From positions 192,001-256,000 of the forward strand of contig CAVQEQ010000003.1 in NCBI GenBank assembly GCA_963711565.1: a DNA stretch of 64,000 nt. Direction: 5' to 3'. Position 1 is the stretch's first letter. Every line of letters starts with the position of its first letter. The stretch comes from an uncultured delta proteobacterium. Its GTDB lineage: Bacteria; Desulfobacterota; Binatia; Binatales; Binataceae. Shown one piece after another: positions 19,469 to 29,840 of this stretch. The notes beneath the pieces are model-generated. The model made no database searches and was not told the DNA's origin. It worked only from the letters and a program-made list of their open reading frames with translations. Both the position numbers and the translations under genes were made by a program.

Positions 19469-20008
19469 GTGACCGCCGCTGAGCCGCAACGATCTTCGGA
19501 GCCCGATCTCATCGCCCGTCTCAAAGCTGGCGACGAAGACGCGGCGCACGAGTTCTTCGATCGCTACGCATCACGCATTCGGCGTTTCATCGCGAATTCT
19601 CTGGGCGCCGCGGCCGCCGAGGCCGACGACGTGCTGCAGGAGACTTTCATCGCGCTGGCCGACGCGCTGCCGTTTTTTCGAGGCGACAGCTCGTTGTTCA
19701 CGTTTGCCTGTGCAATCGCGCATCGCAAGGTTCTTTCGCTGATCCGCACCAACGCGCGCCGCGCGCGCCTGATGCGCGCGGCTCCCCTCGAGCAGGGCGC
19801 TGCGCCGCGAGACCCAAGCGCTAATCGAGAACTCAGCCGCGCTCTCGCGCAACTTAGGCTCGATTACCGCGAAGTGTTGCTGCTCAAGTACGTCGAAGAA
19901 CTCGGCGTGGCGGAAATCGCGCGAATACTGCGGCTCGGAGAGCACGCGGTGGAATCGCGGCTTGCACGCGCACGAAAAGCTCTTCGCAATAACCTGCGGG
20001 AAGATTAA
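19469..20008 (+). CDS. ECF RNA polymerase sigma factor
   Basis: ADDVLQETF (region 2), EIARIL...VESRLARAR (region 4). Confidence 0.85.
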   Translation: MTAAEPQRSSEPDLIARLKAGDEDAAHEFFDRYASRIRRFIANSLGAAAAEADDVLQETFIALADALPFFRGDSSLFTFACAIAHRKVLSLIRTNARRARLMRAAPLEQGAAPRDPSANRELSRALAQLRLDYREVLLLKYVEELGVAEIARILRLGEHAVESRLARARKALRNNLRED

Positions 20009-20466
20009 TGGAACCTGAAAAAACAGAATCAGAATTTGCGGCTAGAATACAATCTGCGATCGAACCCGCTCGCGGAGTGGACGATCGCGGCCTCAGGAAC
20101 ACATTCAGCGCACGGCTTAAGCGAGTCGCCGCCCGTCCTGAAGTCGTGCCGATCGAGTTCGACGGACAGAAGATCAACGTACGCCGCGGTGGCACTCTGC
20201 TCGGCGCGGCGATGAAGAACGGTGTCCGCCTGATGCATGTTTGCGGCGCCCGCACATTGTGCGCGACCTGCAGGGTCGTGGTGGAGTCGGGAGAGGACAA
20301 CCTGACGCCGATGCGCGCGACGGAGAAGTTCTCGCTGCGATGGCATCTGTCGGTGAGCCCGCGAACGCGACTGGCGTGCCAGGCGCGCGTGAGCGGGCCA
20401 GTCGAGGTTGAATCGGTTTTTCCGCATTGCGGTGAGTTGCCAAATGAGTCATTGCGCGGAACTTAA
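20008..20466 (+). CDS. 2Fe-2S ferredoxin with an N-terminal extension
   Basis: CGARTLCATC ... RLACQ; overlaps the sigma stop (TAATG). Confidence 0.85.
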   Translation: MEPEKTESEFAARIQSAIEPARGVDDRGLRNTFSARLKRVAARPEVVPIEFDGQKINVRRGGTLLGAAMKNGVRLMHVCGARTLCATCRVVVESGEDNLTPMRATEKFSLRWHLSVSPRTRLACQARVSGPVEVESVFPHCGELPNESLRGT

Positions 20467-20520
20467 CCCTAACCCTTCGCCGCTCGGGAACGGCTAGCGG
20501 ATTTTGTGGAGTAGATCGAT

Positions 20521-20766
20521 ATGTCGTGGCCGATAAAATTTCGCGCGATGAGTTTCGCTATTACGATGGGGGTGACAATCACGGAATCGGTAATGGCATC
20601 GATGCCTGTTGCGCTCGCGCTTTGGTATTTCGATGTTGCGAGCGGTAGGGCGATTCTGGAAGCTGTCGTGGTGATTGTAGCCATCGTGTCGCTCTCGATA
20701 TCGATTTATTCGCACGTGCGTCCGGCTCAATTCTCGCCGCGTGGGCCCGAAGAAGGGGTGCTATGA
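20521..20766 (+). CDS. Small membrane protein
   Basis: Two hydrophobic segments; ATGA overlap with the next gene. Confidence 0.5.
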   Translation: MSWPIKFRAMSFAITMGVTITESVMASMPVALALWYFDVASGRAILEAVVVIVAIVSLSISIYSHVRPAQFSPRGPEEGVL

Positions 20767-21209
20767 AGACCAAAATTCCGCGGTGGGTCGTTCCACTCCT
20801 CTGGCTCCTGGCCGCGATGCACATCGTCAACGGCTTCGCGATGTTCTTCTTTCCTTCCGGATGGTTCTTCAAATTGGTGCCCGGCGTGCCTGAGACCGGT
20901 GCGTACAATATGCACCTGGTGATGGACGGCGGGACGTTCTTCCTCGCGGTCGGCGTAGGACTGGTGGCCGCCGCGCTGAACCCGCGCCGCAATGCAATCG
21001 CGGTTGCCGTTGCCGCGGTCGCGGGCGTGATGCATTCCGCGCTGCACATATACTCACATGCCGCCGGCCTGCTCTCGACTGAGCATCTTGTGACCGAGCT
21101 ACTGGGTATCTACATTCCCGCGATCTTACTAATCGCAATCACGGCTATCCTCTATAGCCAGTCGGTCGAAGCGAAAGACTCGTTCATGAGTTTGGTTGAG
21201 GCGAAGTAG
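20763..21209 (+). CDS. Four-TM membrane protein (DUF4345-like)
   Basis: GAYNMHLVMDGG, HSALH. Confidence 0.7.
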   Translation: MKTKIPRWVVPLLWLLAAMHIVNGFAMFFFPSGWFFKLVPGVPETGAYNMHLVMDGGTFFLAVGVGLVAAALNPRRNAIAVAVAAVAGVMHSALHIYSHAAGLLSTEHLVTELLGIYIPAILLIAITAILYSQSVEAKDSFMSLVEAK

Positions 21210-21218
21210 GATACAACT

Positions 21219-21789
21219 ATGAGAATCCAGGCACTCGAAAATAACCAAGTCAGTTGGATGATTCGGCCGCTGTACGGAATGATGCGGCGACGATTCGGCA
21301 AAGTGCTGACGCCATTCAAGGTGTGGGGATACCGCCCGGCGATCACGCTGGGACTGGCCGGCCTGGTTCAAGCGGTCGATCATTCAAACGCGATCGCGCC
21401 GCGGACCAAGGATCTGGCGAGCCTCCGCGCCGCTCAATTGATCGGTTGCAGTTTCTGTATCGACATCGGTTCCGCGATCGTGATGCGGCTCGGCGTGACC
21501 GAGGAAATGCTCGCCGCTCTGGACACCTACGACGAGAATCCGCTCTTCACCCCCGCCGAACGCGCCGCGATCCGATACGCGGAAGAGATGACGCGAACGC
21601 CGGTCGAAGTGTCCGACGAGACCTTCGCCGAACTGCGGCGTCATTTCGACGATCGAGCACTGGTGGACCTGACGGCGGCAATCGCGCTGGAGAATCTGCA
21701 CGCGCGCTTCAACTGGGCTTTTCAAATCGAGAGCGACGGCCTCTGCCGACTGCCGCTGAATCCAGCCCTCGCGCGCCGGCCACAACTGA
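21219..21789 (+). CDS. Carboxymuconolactone decarboxylase/AhpD family protein (stop out of frame by +1)
   Basis: LRAAQLIGCSFCID, AERAAIRYAEEMT. The ORF reads on into the next gene unless one base is removed before TGA at 21787-21789. Confidence 0.75.
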
Positions 21790-21930
21790 CCGGGAGCGCC
21801 GTTTCGGTCGAAATTCATATTTTCCTCGCCTCGCGCGAGCCTGATAGTATCCGCGACGTTACTCTGCCGGGCCGTAACTGTGGCCCGGCGGCGCGGTTAC
21901 TCTATTCGAGAGTTGAAAGGCAATCTCACC

Positions 21931-23055
21931 TTGAAGCAATGGTGCGCGATAGCTCTCGTCCCGACGCTCGCACTGATTGCGATTGTAGGATGCTCGCACG
22001 GGCCGGCCGATACTTTCGGCGAGCGCGACGCCGTGCCGATTCTCGCGGCCAAGGTCGTGCAGAAGACTGTCTCCGATACGATTCGTGCGATAGGCCGAGT
22101 CGAGGCTTTCTCGACCGTCGATGTGAAGGCGCAAATCAACGGCCAGGTCATGCAGGTCCATTTCCTCCAGGGGCAGGACGTCAAGCAGGGCGACCTGCTG
22201 TTCACGATCGATCCGCGCCCGTTCGAGGCCGCGCTGCAACAGGCGCAGGCCAATCTCGCCAAGGATCGCGCGCAATACCGCGAGGCTGCGGCCGACGAGC
22301 ATCGCTACTCCGTGCTGCTCAAGGAGAACGTCGGATCGCGCCAGCAATACGATCAAGTCGAGGCGACCGCGGCCGCGCTCTCGGCCTCGATGCAGGCCGA
22401 CGAAGCTGCGGTGCAGACCGCGCGCTTGAATCTCGAGTACTGCGAAATCCGCGCGCCGATCGACGGCCGCACCGGCGACCTGCTCGTGCATGCCGGCAAT
22501 CTCGTCAAGCCCGATGCCGACACGGCGATGGTCGTCATCAACCAGGTGCATCCGGTGTACGTCAACTTCGCGATTCCCGAGCAGAAGCTGCCCGCCGTTC
22601 GCGAGTTCATGGCGGACCGCAAGCTCGCAGTCCAGGTCTCGTTGCCCGAGCAGCAAGGGGTCGAGTCCGGCGATCTTACGTTCGTCGATAACACCGTCGA
22701 TGCGAAGACCGGCACGATAAATCTCAAGGGACAGTTCGCCAACACCAACGGGCGCCTGTGGCCGGGCGAGTATGTCAACGCGACACTGATCCTCCACGAT
22801 CACCCCGGCGCGATCCTGGTGCCATCGCAGGCTGTGCAGACCGGCCAGCAAGGCTCGTTCGTGTTCGTCGTGCAGTCGGCGATGAAAGTCGAGCTCAGGC
22901 CGATCGTCGTCGGCGAAACGATCGACAATCAGACTGTCGTCAACAGCGGACTCAAGGCCGGCGAAACTGTCGTGACCGACGGGCAGCTCCGCCTGATTCC
23001 CGGCGCCACCGTCACCATCAAGAGCGGCTTGACCGAGAGCGGCGCGTCATCATGA
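21931..23055 (+). CDS. RND efflux periplasmic adaptor (MdtA-like lipoprotein)
   Basis: Lipobox IVGC, IDPRPF, IRAPIDGRTG, VVTDGQ. Confidence 0.9.
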   Translation: MKQWCAIALVPTLALIAIVGCSHGPADTFGERDAVPILAAKVVQKTVSDTIRAIGRVEAFSTVDVKAQINGQVMQVHFLQGQDVKQGDLLFTIDPRPFEAALQQAQANLAKDRAQYREAAADEHRYSVLLKENVGSRQQYDQVEATAAALSASMQADEAAVQTARLNLEYCEIRAPIDGRTGDLLVHAGNLVKPDADTAMVVINQVHPVYVNFAIPEQKLPAVREFMADRKLAVQVSLPEQQGVESGDLTFVDNTVDAKTGTINLKGQFANTNGRLWPGEYVNATLILHDHPGAILVPSQAVQTGQQGSFVFVVQSAMKVELRPIVVGETIDNQTVVNSGLKAGETVVTDGQLRLIPGATVTIKSGLTESGASS

Positions 23056-26000
23056 ACATCGCCGGAATATTCATTCGCCGCCCCGTCATGACGACGCTGA
23101 GTTCGCTCGCGATCGTGCTGTTCGGGCTGATGGCGTACCGCTATCTGCCGGTAAACAATCTTCCCAACGTCGATTTTCCGACGATCGTGGTGAGCGCCTC
23201 CCTGCCGGGCGCCAGTCCCGAGACGATGGCGTCGTCGGTCGCGACCCCGCTCGAGAAACAGTTCTCGACCATCGCCGGCCTCGACTCGATGACCTCGACC
23301 AACATCCAGGGCTCGACCAACATCACGCTGCAATTCAACCTGACGCGCAACATCGACGCCGGCGCGCAGGACGTGCAGGCCGCGATCGCCGCGACGCAGG
23401 CGCAGTTGCCGCCGGGGATGCCGAGTCCGCCGTCCTACAAGAAGGTCAATCCTGCCGATCAGCCGATCCTCTACCTCGGGCTCGGTTCGAGCACGATGCC
23501 GATTTCGCAGGTCGATCAGTACGCCGAGACCTACCTCGCCGAGCGCATCTCGATGGTCTCGGGCGTCGCGCAGGTGCAGGTTTACGGTGCGCAAAAGTAC
23601 GCCGTGCGCATCCAGCTCGATCCGAAGGCGCTCGCCACCCGCGGCATCGGCATCGACGAAGTCTCGACTGCGATTCAAAACGCGAATGTCAACTTACCGA
23701 CCGGCACGCTCTACGGCTCGCATCAGGCGTTCACCGTCAACACCAAGGGTCAGCTGACAAATGCGGCCGCCTACCGATCGCTGATCGTCGCGTATCAAAA
23801 CGGTTCGCCCGTGCGCCTCGACAACGTCGGTCGGGTGCTCGACAGCGTGCAGAACAACAAGACCGCCGGATGGGCCAACGGCGAGCCATCGGTCGTGCTC
23901 GCGATCCAGCGTCAGCCCGGGACCAACACCGTGCAGGTCGTCAACAACGTGATGCGCCTGATTCCCGCGTTCCAAGCGGAAGTGCCGGCCGCGCTGCACA
24001 TCCGCACGCTCGGCAACTATGCCGAAACGATTCGCGCCTCGATCAACGACGTGCAATTCACACTGCTGCTCACCATCTTCCTGGTCGTGCTGGTGATTTT
24101 CCTGTTCCTGCGCAACCTCTCCGCGACGATCATCCCGAGCCTCGCGCTGCCCATGTCGATCATCGGCACCTTCGCCGTCATGTGGATGCTCAACTACTCG
24201 CTCGACAATCTCTCGCTGATGGCGATTACGCTCGGCGTCGGCTTCGTCGTCGATGACGCCATCGTCATGCTCGAGAACATCGTGCGCCACATGGAGATGG
24301 GCAAGGACGTGATGACGGCGGCGCTCGATGGGGCCGCGGAAATCGGTTTCACGATACTCTCGATGACCTTCTCGCTCGCCGCCGTGTTTATCCCGGTGCT
24401 GTTCATGGGCGGCATTTTGGGCCGCCTGCTGCATGAGTTCGCCGTGACGATCGGCGCCGCCATCCTGGTCTCGGGCTTCGTCTCGCTGACCTTGACGCCG
24501 ATGCTGTGCTCGCGCTTTTTGCGACCGCCCGGCAGCGAGCGTCACGGCAAATTTTACGCCGTCACCGAGCGATACTTCGATCGCATGCTCGACGCCTACC
24601 AGCGCAGCCTGTCGTGGGTCATGCGCCATCGCCGCGCGACCATGTATTTTTCCGGCGCGCTGCTGCTTGCAACGATCTACCTCTTCTACGCGATCCCCAA
24701 GGGCTTCCTGCCGTCGGAAGACGACGACCAGTTGATCATCTTCACGCTCGCCGCGCAGGGAATTTCCTACGACTCGATGGTCGAGCATCAGCTCGCCGCG
24801 GCCAGCCTCATAAAGAACGATCCAAGCATCATCAGTTACTTCGTCAGCGTCGGCCCGGGCGGTCCCGGCGGCGCCGGCAATTCCGGCATTATATTTCTGC
24901 ACCTGAAGCCGGCTTCCCAGCGCAAATTAAGCGTCGATCAGCTGATTACGAAATGGCGGCCGCTGTTGAACAGCGTGCCCGGGCTGCGCGTGTTCCTGCA
25001 GAATCCGCCGCCGATCCAGATTGGCGCGCAATTCACGCGCAGCATGTATCAGTTGATGTTGCAGAGCCAGGATACCGCCACGCTCTACAAGTACGCGCCC
25101 ATACTCGAGTCGAAACTGCGCCAGATTTCCGATCTGCGCGGCGTCAACAGCGACCTGCAAATCGAAAATCCGCAAGTCACCGTCAACATCGATCGCGACA
25201 AGGCGCACTCGCTCGGCATCTCCGCCGACGCGATCGAAGACGCGCTCTATAACGCCTACGGTTCGCGCCAGATCTCGACCATCTACGCGCCCAACGACGA
25301 GTACTGGGTGATCATGGAGGTCGAGCCGCAGTACCAGAACGATCCCTCCACTCTGTCGCTGCTCTACGTGCGATCCTCCAGCGGCGACCTGGTGCCGCTC
25401 GACACGCTGGTCAAGTTCACGCGCTCGCTGGGCCCGTTGCAGGTTAACCATTCCGGGCAATTCCCCTCCGCGACGATTTCGTTCAACGTCGCGCCCGGCG
25501 TGTCGCTCGGCAAGGCGCTCGCCGAGGTCCACAAGGTTGCCGCGGCTACCTTGCCCGACAGCATCACCACCAATTTCCAGGGCACGGCGCAGGCCTTCGA
25601 GTCGTCGCTCGGCGGACTCGGCATCTTGCTGATCATGACGATCCTCGTCATCTACCTGGTGCTCGGCGTGCTCTACGAAAGTTTCATCCATCCGATCACG
25701 ATTCTCTCCGGCCTGCCGTCGGCCGGCTTCGGCGCGCTGATGACGTTGTGGATATTCGGCATGGAGCTCGACCTGTTCGCGTTCGTCGGCGTCATCATGC
25801 TGGTAGGTCTCGTCAAGAAAAACGCCATCATGATGATCGACTTCGCGCTCGACGCTCAGCGCACCGAAGGCAAGTCGCCCGCCGACGCAATCTTCGAGGG
25901 CTGCATCATCCGCTTCCGCCCGATCATGATGACGACGATGGCGGCGCTGATGGGAACCCTGCCTATCGCGATAGGACTGGGCGCCGGCGGCTCATCGCGC

Positions 26001-26216
26001 CGTCCGCTGGGAGTAGCTGTCGTCGGCGGTCTGTTCTTCTCGCAGTTCCTGACCCTCTACATCACCCCCGTCTTCTACACCTACATGGAAGCATTCCTCG
26101 CACGTTACAACGCATGGCGCGAAGGCCGCCCGCTGGTGCCCGCACCGCAACCAGCGCCCGCGCAGCTCGCTGCTGAGCCAACCGCCGACCCCGCCGACGG
26201 CCGCCTCGCTTCGTAG
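23052..26216 (+). CDS. RND efflux permease (MdtB/MdtC-like)
   Basis: FIRRPVMT, GFVVDDAIVMLENI, RFRPIMMTT. Confidence 0.95.
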   Translation: MNIAGIFIRRPVMTTLSSLAIVLFGLMAYRYLPVNNLPNVDFPTIVVSASLPGASPETMASSVATPLEKQFSTIAGLDSMTSTNIQGSTNITLQFNLTRNIDAGAQDVQAAIAATQAQLPPGMPSPPSYKKVNPADQPILYLGLGSSTMPISQVDQYAETYLAERISMVSGVAQVQVYGAQKYAVRIQLDPKALATRGIGIDEVSTAIQNANVNLPTGTLYGSHQAFTVNTKGQLTNAAAYRSLIVAYQNGSPVRLDNVGRVLDSVQNNKTAGWANGEPSVVLAIQRQPGTNTVQVVNNVMRLIPAFQAEVPAALHIRTLGNYAETIRASINDVQFTLLLTIFLVVLVIFLFLRNLSATIIPSLALPMSIIGTFAVMWMLNYSLDNLSLMAITLGVGFVVDDAIVMLENIVRHMEMGKDVMTAALDGAAEIGFTILSMTFSLAAVFIPVLFMGGILGRLLHEFAVTIGAAILVSGFVSLTLTPMLCSRFLRPPGSERHGKFYAVTERYFDRMLDAYQRSLSWVMRHRRATMYFSGALLLATIYLFYAIPKGFLPSEDDDQLIIFTLAAQGISYDSMVEHQLAAASLIKNDPSIISYFVSVGPGGPGGAGNSGIIFLHLKPASQRKLSVDQLITKWRPLLNSVPGLRVFLQNPPPIQIGAQFTRSMYQLMLQSQDTATLYKYAPILESKLRQISDLRGVNSDLQIENPQVTVNIDRDKAHSLGISADAIEDALYNAYGSRQISTIYAPNDEYWVIMEVEPQYQNDPSTLSLLYVRSSSGDLVPLDTLVKFTRSLGPLQVNHSGQFPSATISFNVAPGVSLGKALAEVHKVAAATLPDSITTNFQGTAQAFESSLGGLGILLIMTILVIYLVLGVLYESFIHPITILSGLPSAGFGALMTLWIFGMELDLFAFVGVIMLVGLVKKNAIMMIDFALDAQRTEGKSPADAIFEGCIIRFRPIMMTTMAALMGTLPIAIGLGAGGSSRRPLGVAVVGGLFFSQFLTLYITPVFYTYMEAFLARYNAWREGRPLVPAPQPAPAQLAAEPTADPADGRLAS

Positions 26217-26250
26217 GGAACCCATCCGCTCTGCCCGATCGAAATTAGCT

Positions 26251-26264
26251 CGCCATATTTGGCG
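26251..26264. promoter_or_regulatory. Probable operator of the HTH-Fic operon
   Basis: CGCCA-TATT-TGGCG palindrome; GCCATAT half-sites repeated near 26283 and 26314 in an AT-rich spacer. Confidence 0.5.
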
Positions 26265-26359
26265 TAGTTTTACAATATTCGCGCCATATTCATCATATTT
26301 ATGGTTGCTTTTATGCCATATATACCGTATATTGATCTTGAGATGGAAACCGTTGAACT

Positions 26360-26764
26360 ATGAATTCAGCTGCTCAAAAGGATCTGTCGTTGGCTCTGTT
26401 CCGCTACCTTGACGGGCGCCGCAAGGAATTGGGAATGAGCGCGCGGGTGCTCGCTGAACGCTCCGGCGTCGGCATGCGCACCGTGCAACGCATCCTCTCC
26501 GGCCATGAACCAGCCGCCAACATCAATACGGTTTTGTCGATCGCCTGTGCGCTGGAGGTCGAGTTGAGACCAATTGCAACCGTCTCGGCCCACTCGGTTC
26601 GCCGAGCACAAGCGGAGCGAAAGGCGAGTAAGCTGGCTTCGATGGTTCAAGGCACCTCGGCCCTCGAATCTCAGGCCGTGCCCGACGAAGCGCTGCGCGA
26701 GATCAAGGAAGAAGTCGCCGGCAAATTGCTGAGCGGGTCGCGCCGGCAACTCTGGGCGAGTTGA
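26360..26764 (+). CDS. XRE-family HTH protein (mobile mystery protein A-like)
   Basis: RKELGMSARVLAERSGV HTH; VQGTSALESQAV and C-terminal RQLW. Confidence 0.75.
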   Translation: MNSAAQKDLSLALFRYLDGRRKELGMSARVLAERSGVGMRTVQRILSGHEPAANINTVLSIACALEVELRPIATVSAHSVRRAQAERKASKLASMVQGTSALESQAVPDEALREIKEEVAGKLLSGSRRQLWAS

Positions 26765-27360
26765 TGGAGAGTGATTCTACGGAACCAGATGGGGGGACAC
26801 CGTTTGACGGTGAGGGATTGCTCCTTACCAACATCCGAACTCGCGATCAGCTCTTCATCGCGGAAGCACGAAATATCAGCAAGGCCGCGCTCAAGTACCT
26901 GGCAGCGGTGCCATCGGAAAGGTCGGCTCCCTTCACGCTCGATTGGTCCTACCGGCTTCACCGGGAAATGTTCGGGGACGTATGGGAGTGGGCAGGAAAA
27001 AAACGCACGACGCAGAAGAACATAGGGGTTCCTGCTAATCAAATTGACTCTGGTCTCAAGGATCTTTTCGACGACCTGGCCGCTTGGCGCGAGCACAAGA
27101 GTTATTCCTCAATTGAGCAGGCAGCCAGACTCCATCACCGCGCCGTATCAATTCACCCATTCAACAATGGCAATGGCCGCTGGTCGCGTCTCCTGGCTGA
27201 TATCCACTTGAAGCAGTCGGGTTCGCAGCCAACAATGTGGTTGGAAAACATCAACACGGATGAGAGTGCGGCGCGAAAAGAATACATCGCAGCCCTGAAG
27301 GCCGCGGACAAGTCGGACTACAGCAAATTGATACGACTCCACGAAAAGTATTCCCGATGA
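26764..27360 (+). CDS. Fic-domain protein (mobile mystery protein B-like)
   Basis: LHREMFGDVWEWAG, HPFNNGNGRWSR Fic motif. Confidence 0.9.
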   Translation: MESDSTEPDGGTPFDGEGLLLTNIRTRDQLFIAEARNISKAALKYLAAVPSERSAPFTLDWSYRLHREMFGDVWEWAGKKRTTQKNIGVPANQIDSGLKDLFDDLAAWREHKSYSSIEQAARLHHRAVSIHPFNNGNGRWSRLLADIHLKQSGSQPTMWLENINTDESAARKEYIAALKAADKSDYSKLIRLHEKYSR

Positions 27361-28103
27361 ACATGAACTCATTTGAAGGCAAGCGCATTCTCGCGCTGAT
27401 TCGCGGGGGCGACTACGCGCATGCCGGTGAGGAAGAAGCGATCGAGCGCGCCTTCCGCGGAGTTCCGAAAAATCCTGACCATTGGATGCTCGACGTGGGA
27501 TGCGGCCGCGGCGGCAGCGCGGAGTATCTGCGCCGGCATGGATGGGGCCATGTCGACGGAATCGATCGCGACAAAGACTCGATCGAATACGCGCGCACGA
27601 CTTATCCCGAAGTCGCCTTTCACATTTGCGACGTGCTCGACGTTCCGCGCACCGTCGCCCGCGAATTCGATATCGTCTATATGCTCAACGCCTTCTACGC
27701 GTTCTCCAACCAGCGCGAGGCGCTCGCAACTTTGCGACGCGTCGCGAAGCCGGGCGCGCAACTCATCATCTTCGATTACACAATCGGGGCCAAGGCGAAC
27801 GAAGAATCGCTCGCGGTCGATGGGCAAATTCTCATCCCGCACGCGATTCGACTCTCGGAGATTGCGGCGATGCTGAGTGATGCCGGATGGGAGCCGGGCG
27901 GCATCGAGAACCTAAGCACCGACTACGCGCGCTGGTATGCGACGTTCGTCGAACGAATCCAGCTCAAGCGTGCAGAGATCGAAGAGATCGGGGGGTCCGA
28001 TTGGTACAATTTCGTGCTCTCGATGTACTCCGGCCTCCACGGCGTGATCGCGCAAGGCACACTCGGCGGCGCGATCGTTCACGCGCGCAGATTGATCAGT
28101 TGA
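27357..28103 (+). CDS. Class I SAM-dependent methyltransferase
   Basis: MLDVGCGRGG. Confidence 0.85.
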   Translation: MNMNSFEGKRILALIRGGDYAHAGEEEAIERAFRGVPKNPDHWMLDVGCGRGGSAEYLRRHGWGHVDGIDRDKDSIEYARTTYPEVAFHICDVLDVPRTVAREFDIVYMLNAFYAFSNQREALATLRRVAKPGAQLIIFDYTIGAKANEESLAVDGQILIPHAIRLSEIAAMLSDAGWEPGGIENLSTDYARWYATFVERIQLKRAEIEEIGGSDWYNFVLSMYSGLHGVIAQGTLGGAIVHARRLIS

Positions 28104-29211
28104 GCCGGTAAAATCGCAGCGCGTTCTGGGTCAGGATGTTGTCGCGCGCGCTCTCCGGCAATTTCCCCAACGCCCGGGTCACCTCGCGCACCACGCCCGG
28201 ATAGGTGCAGTCGAAGTGCGGGTAGTCCGATCCCCACAGCACGTTGCGTTCGACGCCCAGATCGATCATCGCCTTGAGTGTGCTCTCATCAGGATCCATC
28301 GATACGTAACATCGCTCGGCGAAATACTCGCTGGGCTTGCGCTTCAACCACGGCACGTAAGTGCCCATCTTTTCGTAGTGGCTGTCCATCCGATCGAGCC
28401 AGTAACCCAGCCATCCGATTCCCGATTCGAGAAAGCCGACCGTCAGTTTTGGAAATCGCGCGAGCACTCCGCCGCAAACGATATCCATGCAGGCCGCTTG
28501 CTGCTCGAACGGATGACAAACCATGTGGAAGAAGAACGGGTCGTGGTATCGATCGCCGCCCATCGTGGGCATTCGCGTGCCGAAACTGCCGTGAACCGCG
28601 ACCGGAATGTCGAGTTCCTGCGCCTCGCGCCAGAACGGATCGTACGCCGGGTCGTTGAGACGGCGCCCGTTAAACGGATTGGGCCTGACGAACACCGCTT
28701 TGAATCCGAGTTCACGCACGACGCGGCGCATCTCGCGCACCGCTTCATCGACGCTCTGGATCGGCATCGGTGCGACGCCGAACAACCGTTTCGGAAATGG
28801 CTTGCAGAAGTCGGCGAGCCAGTTGTTGTAGGCTCGACACGCGGCCGCCGCGAGCGCCGGATCGACGAGATCGCCGTAGAGCAGCCACAGCGACGGATAA
28901 AGGACCGCGACGTCGATCCCCTCTTCATCCATCACCTTGATACGGGCGTGAGGATCGTAACCGCCGGGCAGAATGTCATCCCAGGTGAGTTTGCGCGCGC
29001 GATCGAGGTCGGAGAGTCCGCCGGGCGTCATCGACGCCGCCACTGGCAGTGACGGTCGGCTGCGATTCTCGTCATTGATCCACAGCTCGTCGGCGCCGTC
29101 GCGATTTCGCCGAACCTGGATCATGCGATCGCGAAATTGCGGTTCGGCGTAATCTTCCCAGAGCGTGCGCGGCTCGACGATATGCCCGTCGGCGTCGATT
29201 ATCCGGGTCAT
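28096..29211 (-). CDS. Amidohydrolase 2 family protein
   Basis: IIDADGH, WGSDYPH. Confidence 0.9.
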   Translation of the reverse strand: MTRIIDADGHIVEPRTLWEDYAEPQFRDRMIQVRRNRDGADELWINDENRSRPSLPVAASMTPGGLSDLDRARKLTWDDILPGGYDPHARIKVMDEEGIDVAVLYPSLWLLYGDLVDPALAAAACRAYNNWLADFCKPFPKRLFGVAPMPIQSVDEAVREMRRVVRELGFKAVFVRPNPFNGRRLNDPAYDPFWREAQELDIPVAVHGSFGTRMPTMGGDRYHDPFFFHMVCHPFEQQAACMDIVCGGVLARFPKLTVGFLESGIGWLGYWLDRMDSHYEKMGTYVPWLKRKPSEYFAERCYVSMDPDESTLKAMIDLGVERNVLWGSDYPHFDCTYPGVVREVTRALGKLPESARDNILTQNALRFYRLN

Positions 29212-29267
29212 GAGAGATCCTCCTTCGAGGCGGATTAGTCAGATCAATGACCGGACGGGCGAGATTG

Positions 29268-29834
29268 TCAAGAAACGCGGTTGCGCGACCATTCCTCGCG
29301 CAGCGTCGCGTACTGATACTCGTCGCACCACTCGCCCTTGAACCATACGTTGTGGAGAAAGTGCCCTTCCCTTTTCATTCCCAGCCGCTCCATCAGCGCG
29401 ACGGACGGAGCGTTGCGGCAATCTGTAGTAGCGATGACGCGGTTGAGGTCGAGCGGACCGAAGGCGAAATCGATCACAGCTCGTGCGGCCTCGGCCGCCA
29501 GCCCGCTGTGCTGGTAGGCGCGCGCGAATGTGTAGCCGATTTCCCCGATGCGCGGCGTAGTCCTGACAACCAGCAGCGCGCAATCGCCGGCCAGCGCGCC
29601 GCCCGCCTTGACCTCTGCCGCGAACTGAAACCATCTTCCCGGGATGCCGGGCCGATGGTGGCTCTGCTGCGCGATGAATCTCACCGCTTCGGCGCGCGAG
29701 ATCGATTCCCACGATTGGTAGCGCGCGACCTCGCGATCGTTTCGATACGCCATGAAACTCGTGAGGTCAGAATCGCGAAAGCGCCGCAGAATCAGGCGCG
29801 GCGTATCGAGATTTGTGAATGTTCGCGTGTTCAC
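29268..29834 (-). CDS. GNAT N-acetyltransferase (RimJ/RimL family)
   Basis: TPRLILRRF, EIGY, NAPSVALMERLGM. Confidence 0.9.
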   Translation of the reverse strand: MNTRTFTNLDTPRLILRRFRDSDLTSFMAYRNDREVARYQSWESISRAEAVRFIAQQSHHRPGIPGRWFQFAAEVKAGGALAGDCALLVVRTTPRIGEIGYTFARAYQHSGLAAEAARAVIDFAFGPLDLNRVIATTDCRNAPSVALMERLGMKREGHFLHNVWFKGEWCDEYQYATLREEWSRNRVS

Positions 29835-29840
29835 GCGGGT

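Noticed and set aside
21440-21465. Selenocysteine-containing AhpD/CMD
   Set aside because: The motif is encoded TGC-AGT-TTC-TGT (CxxC) with no in-frame TGA.
21219-22691. 490-aa CMD fusion protein
   Set aside because: The C-terminal ~300 aa are an off-frame read-through over the RND adaptor gene, better explained by a missing stop.
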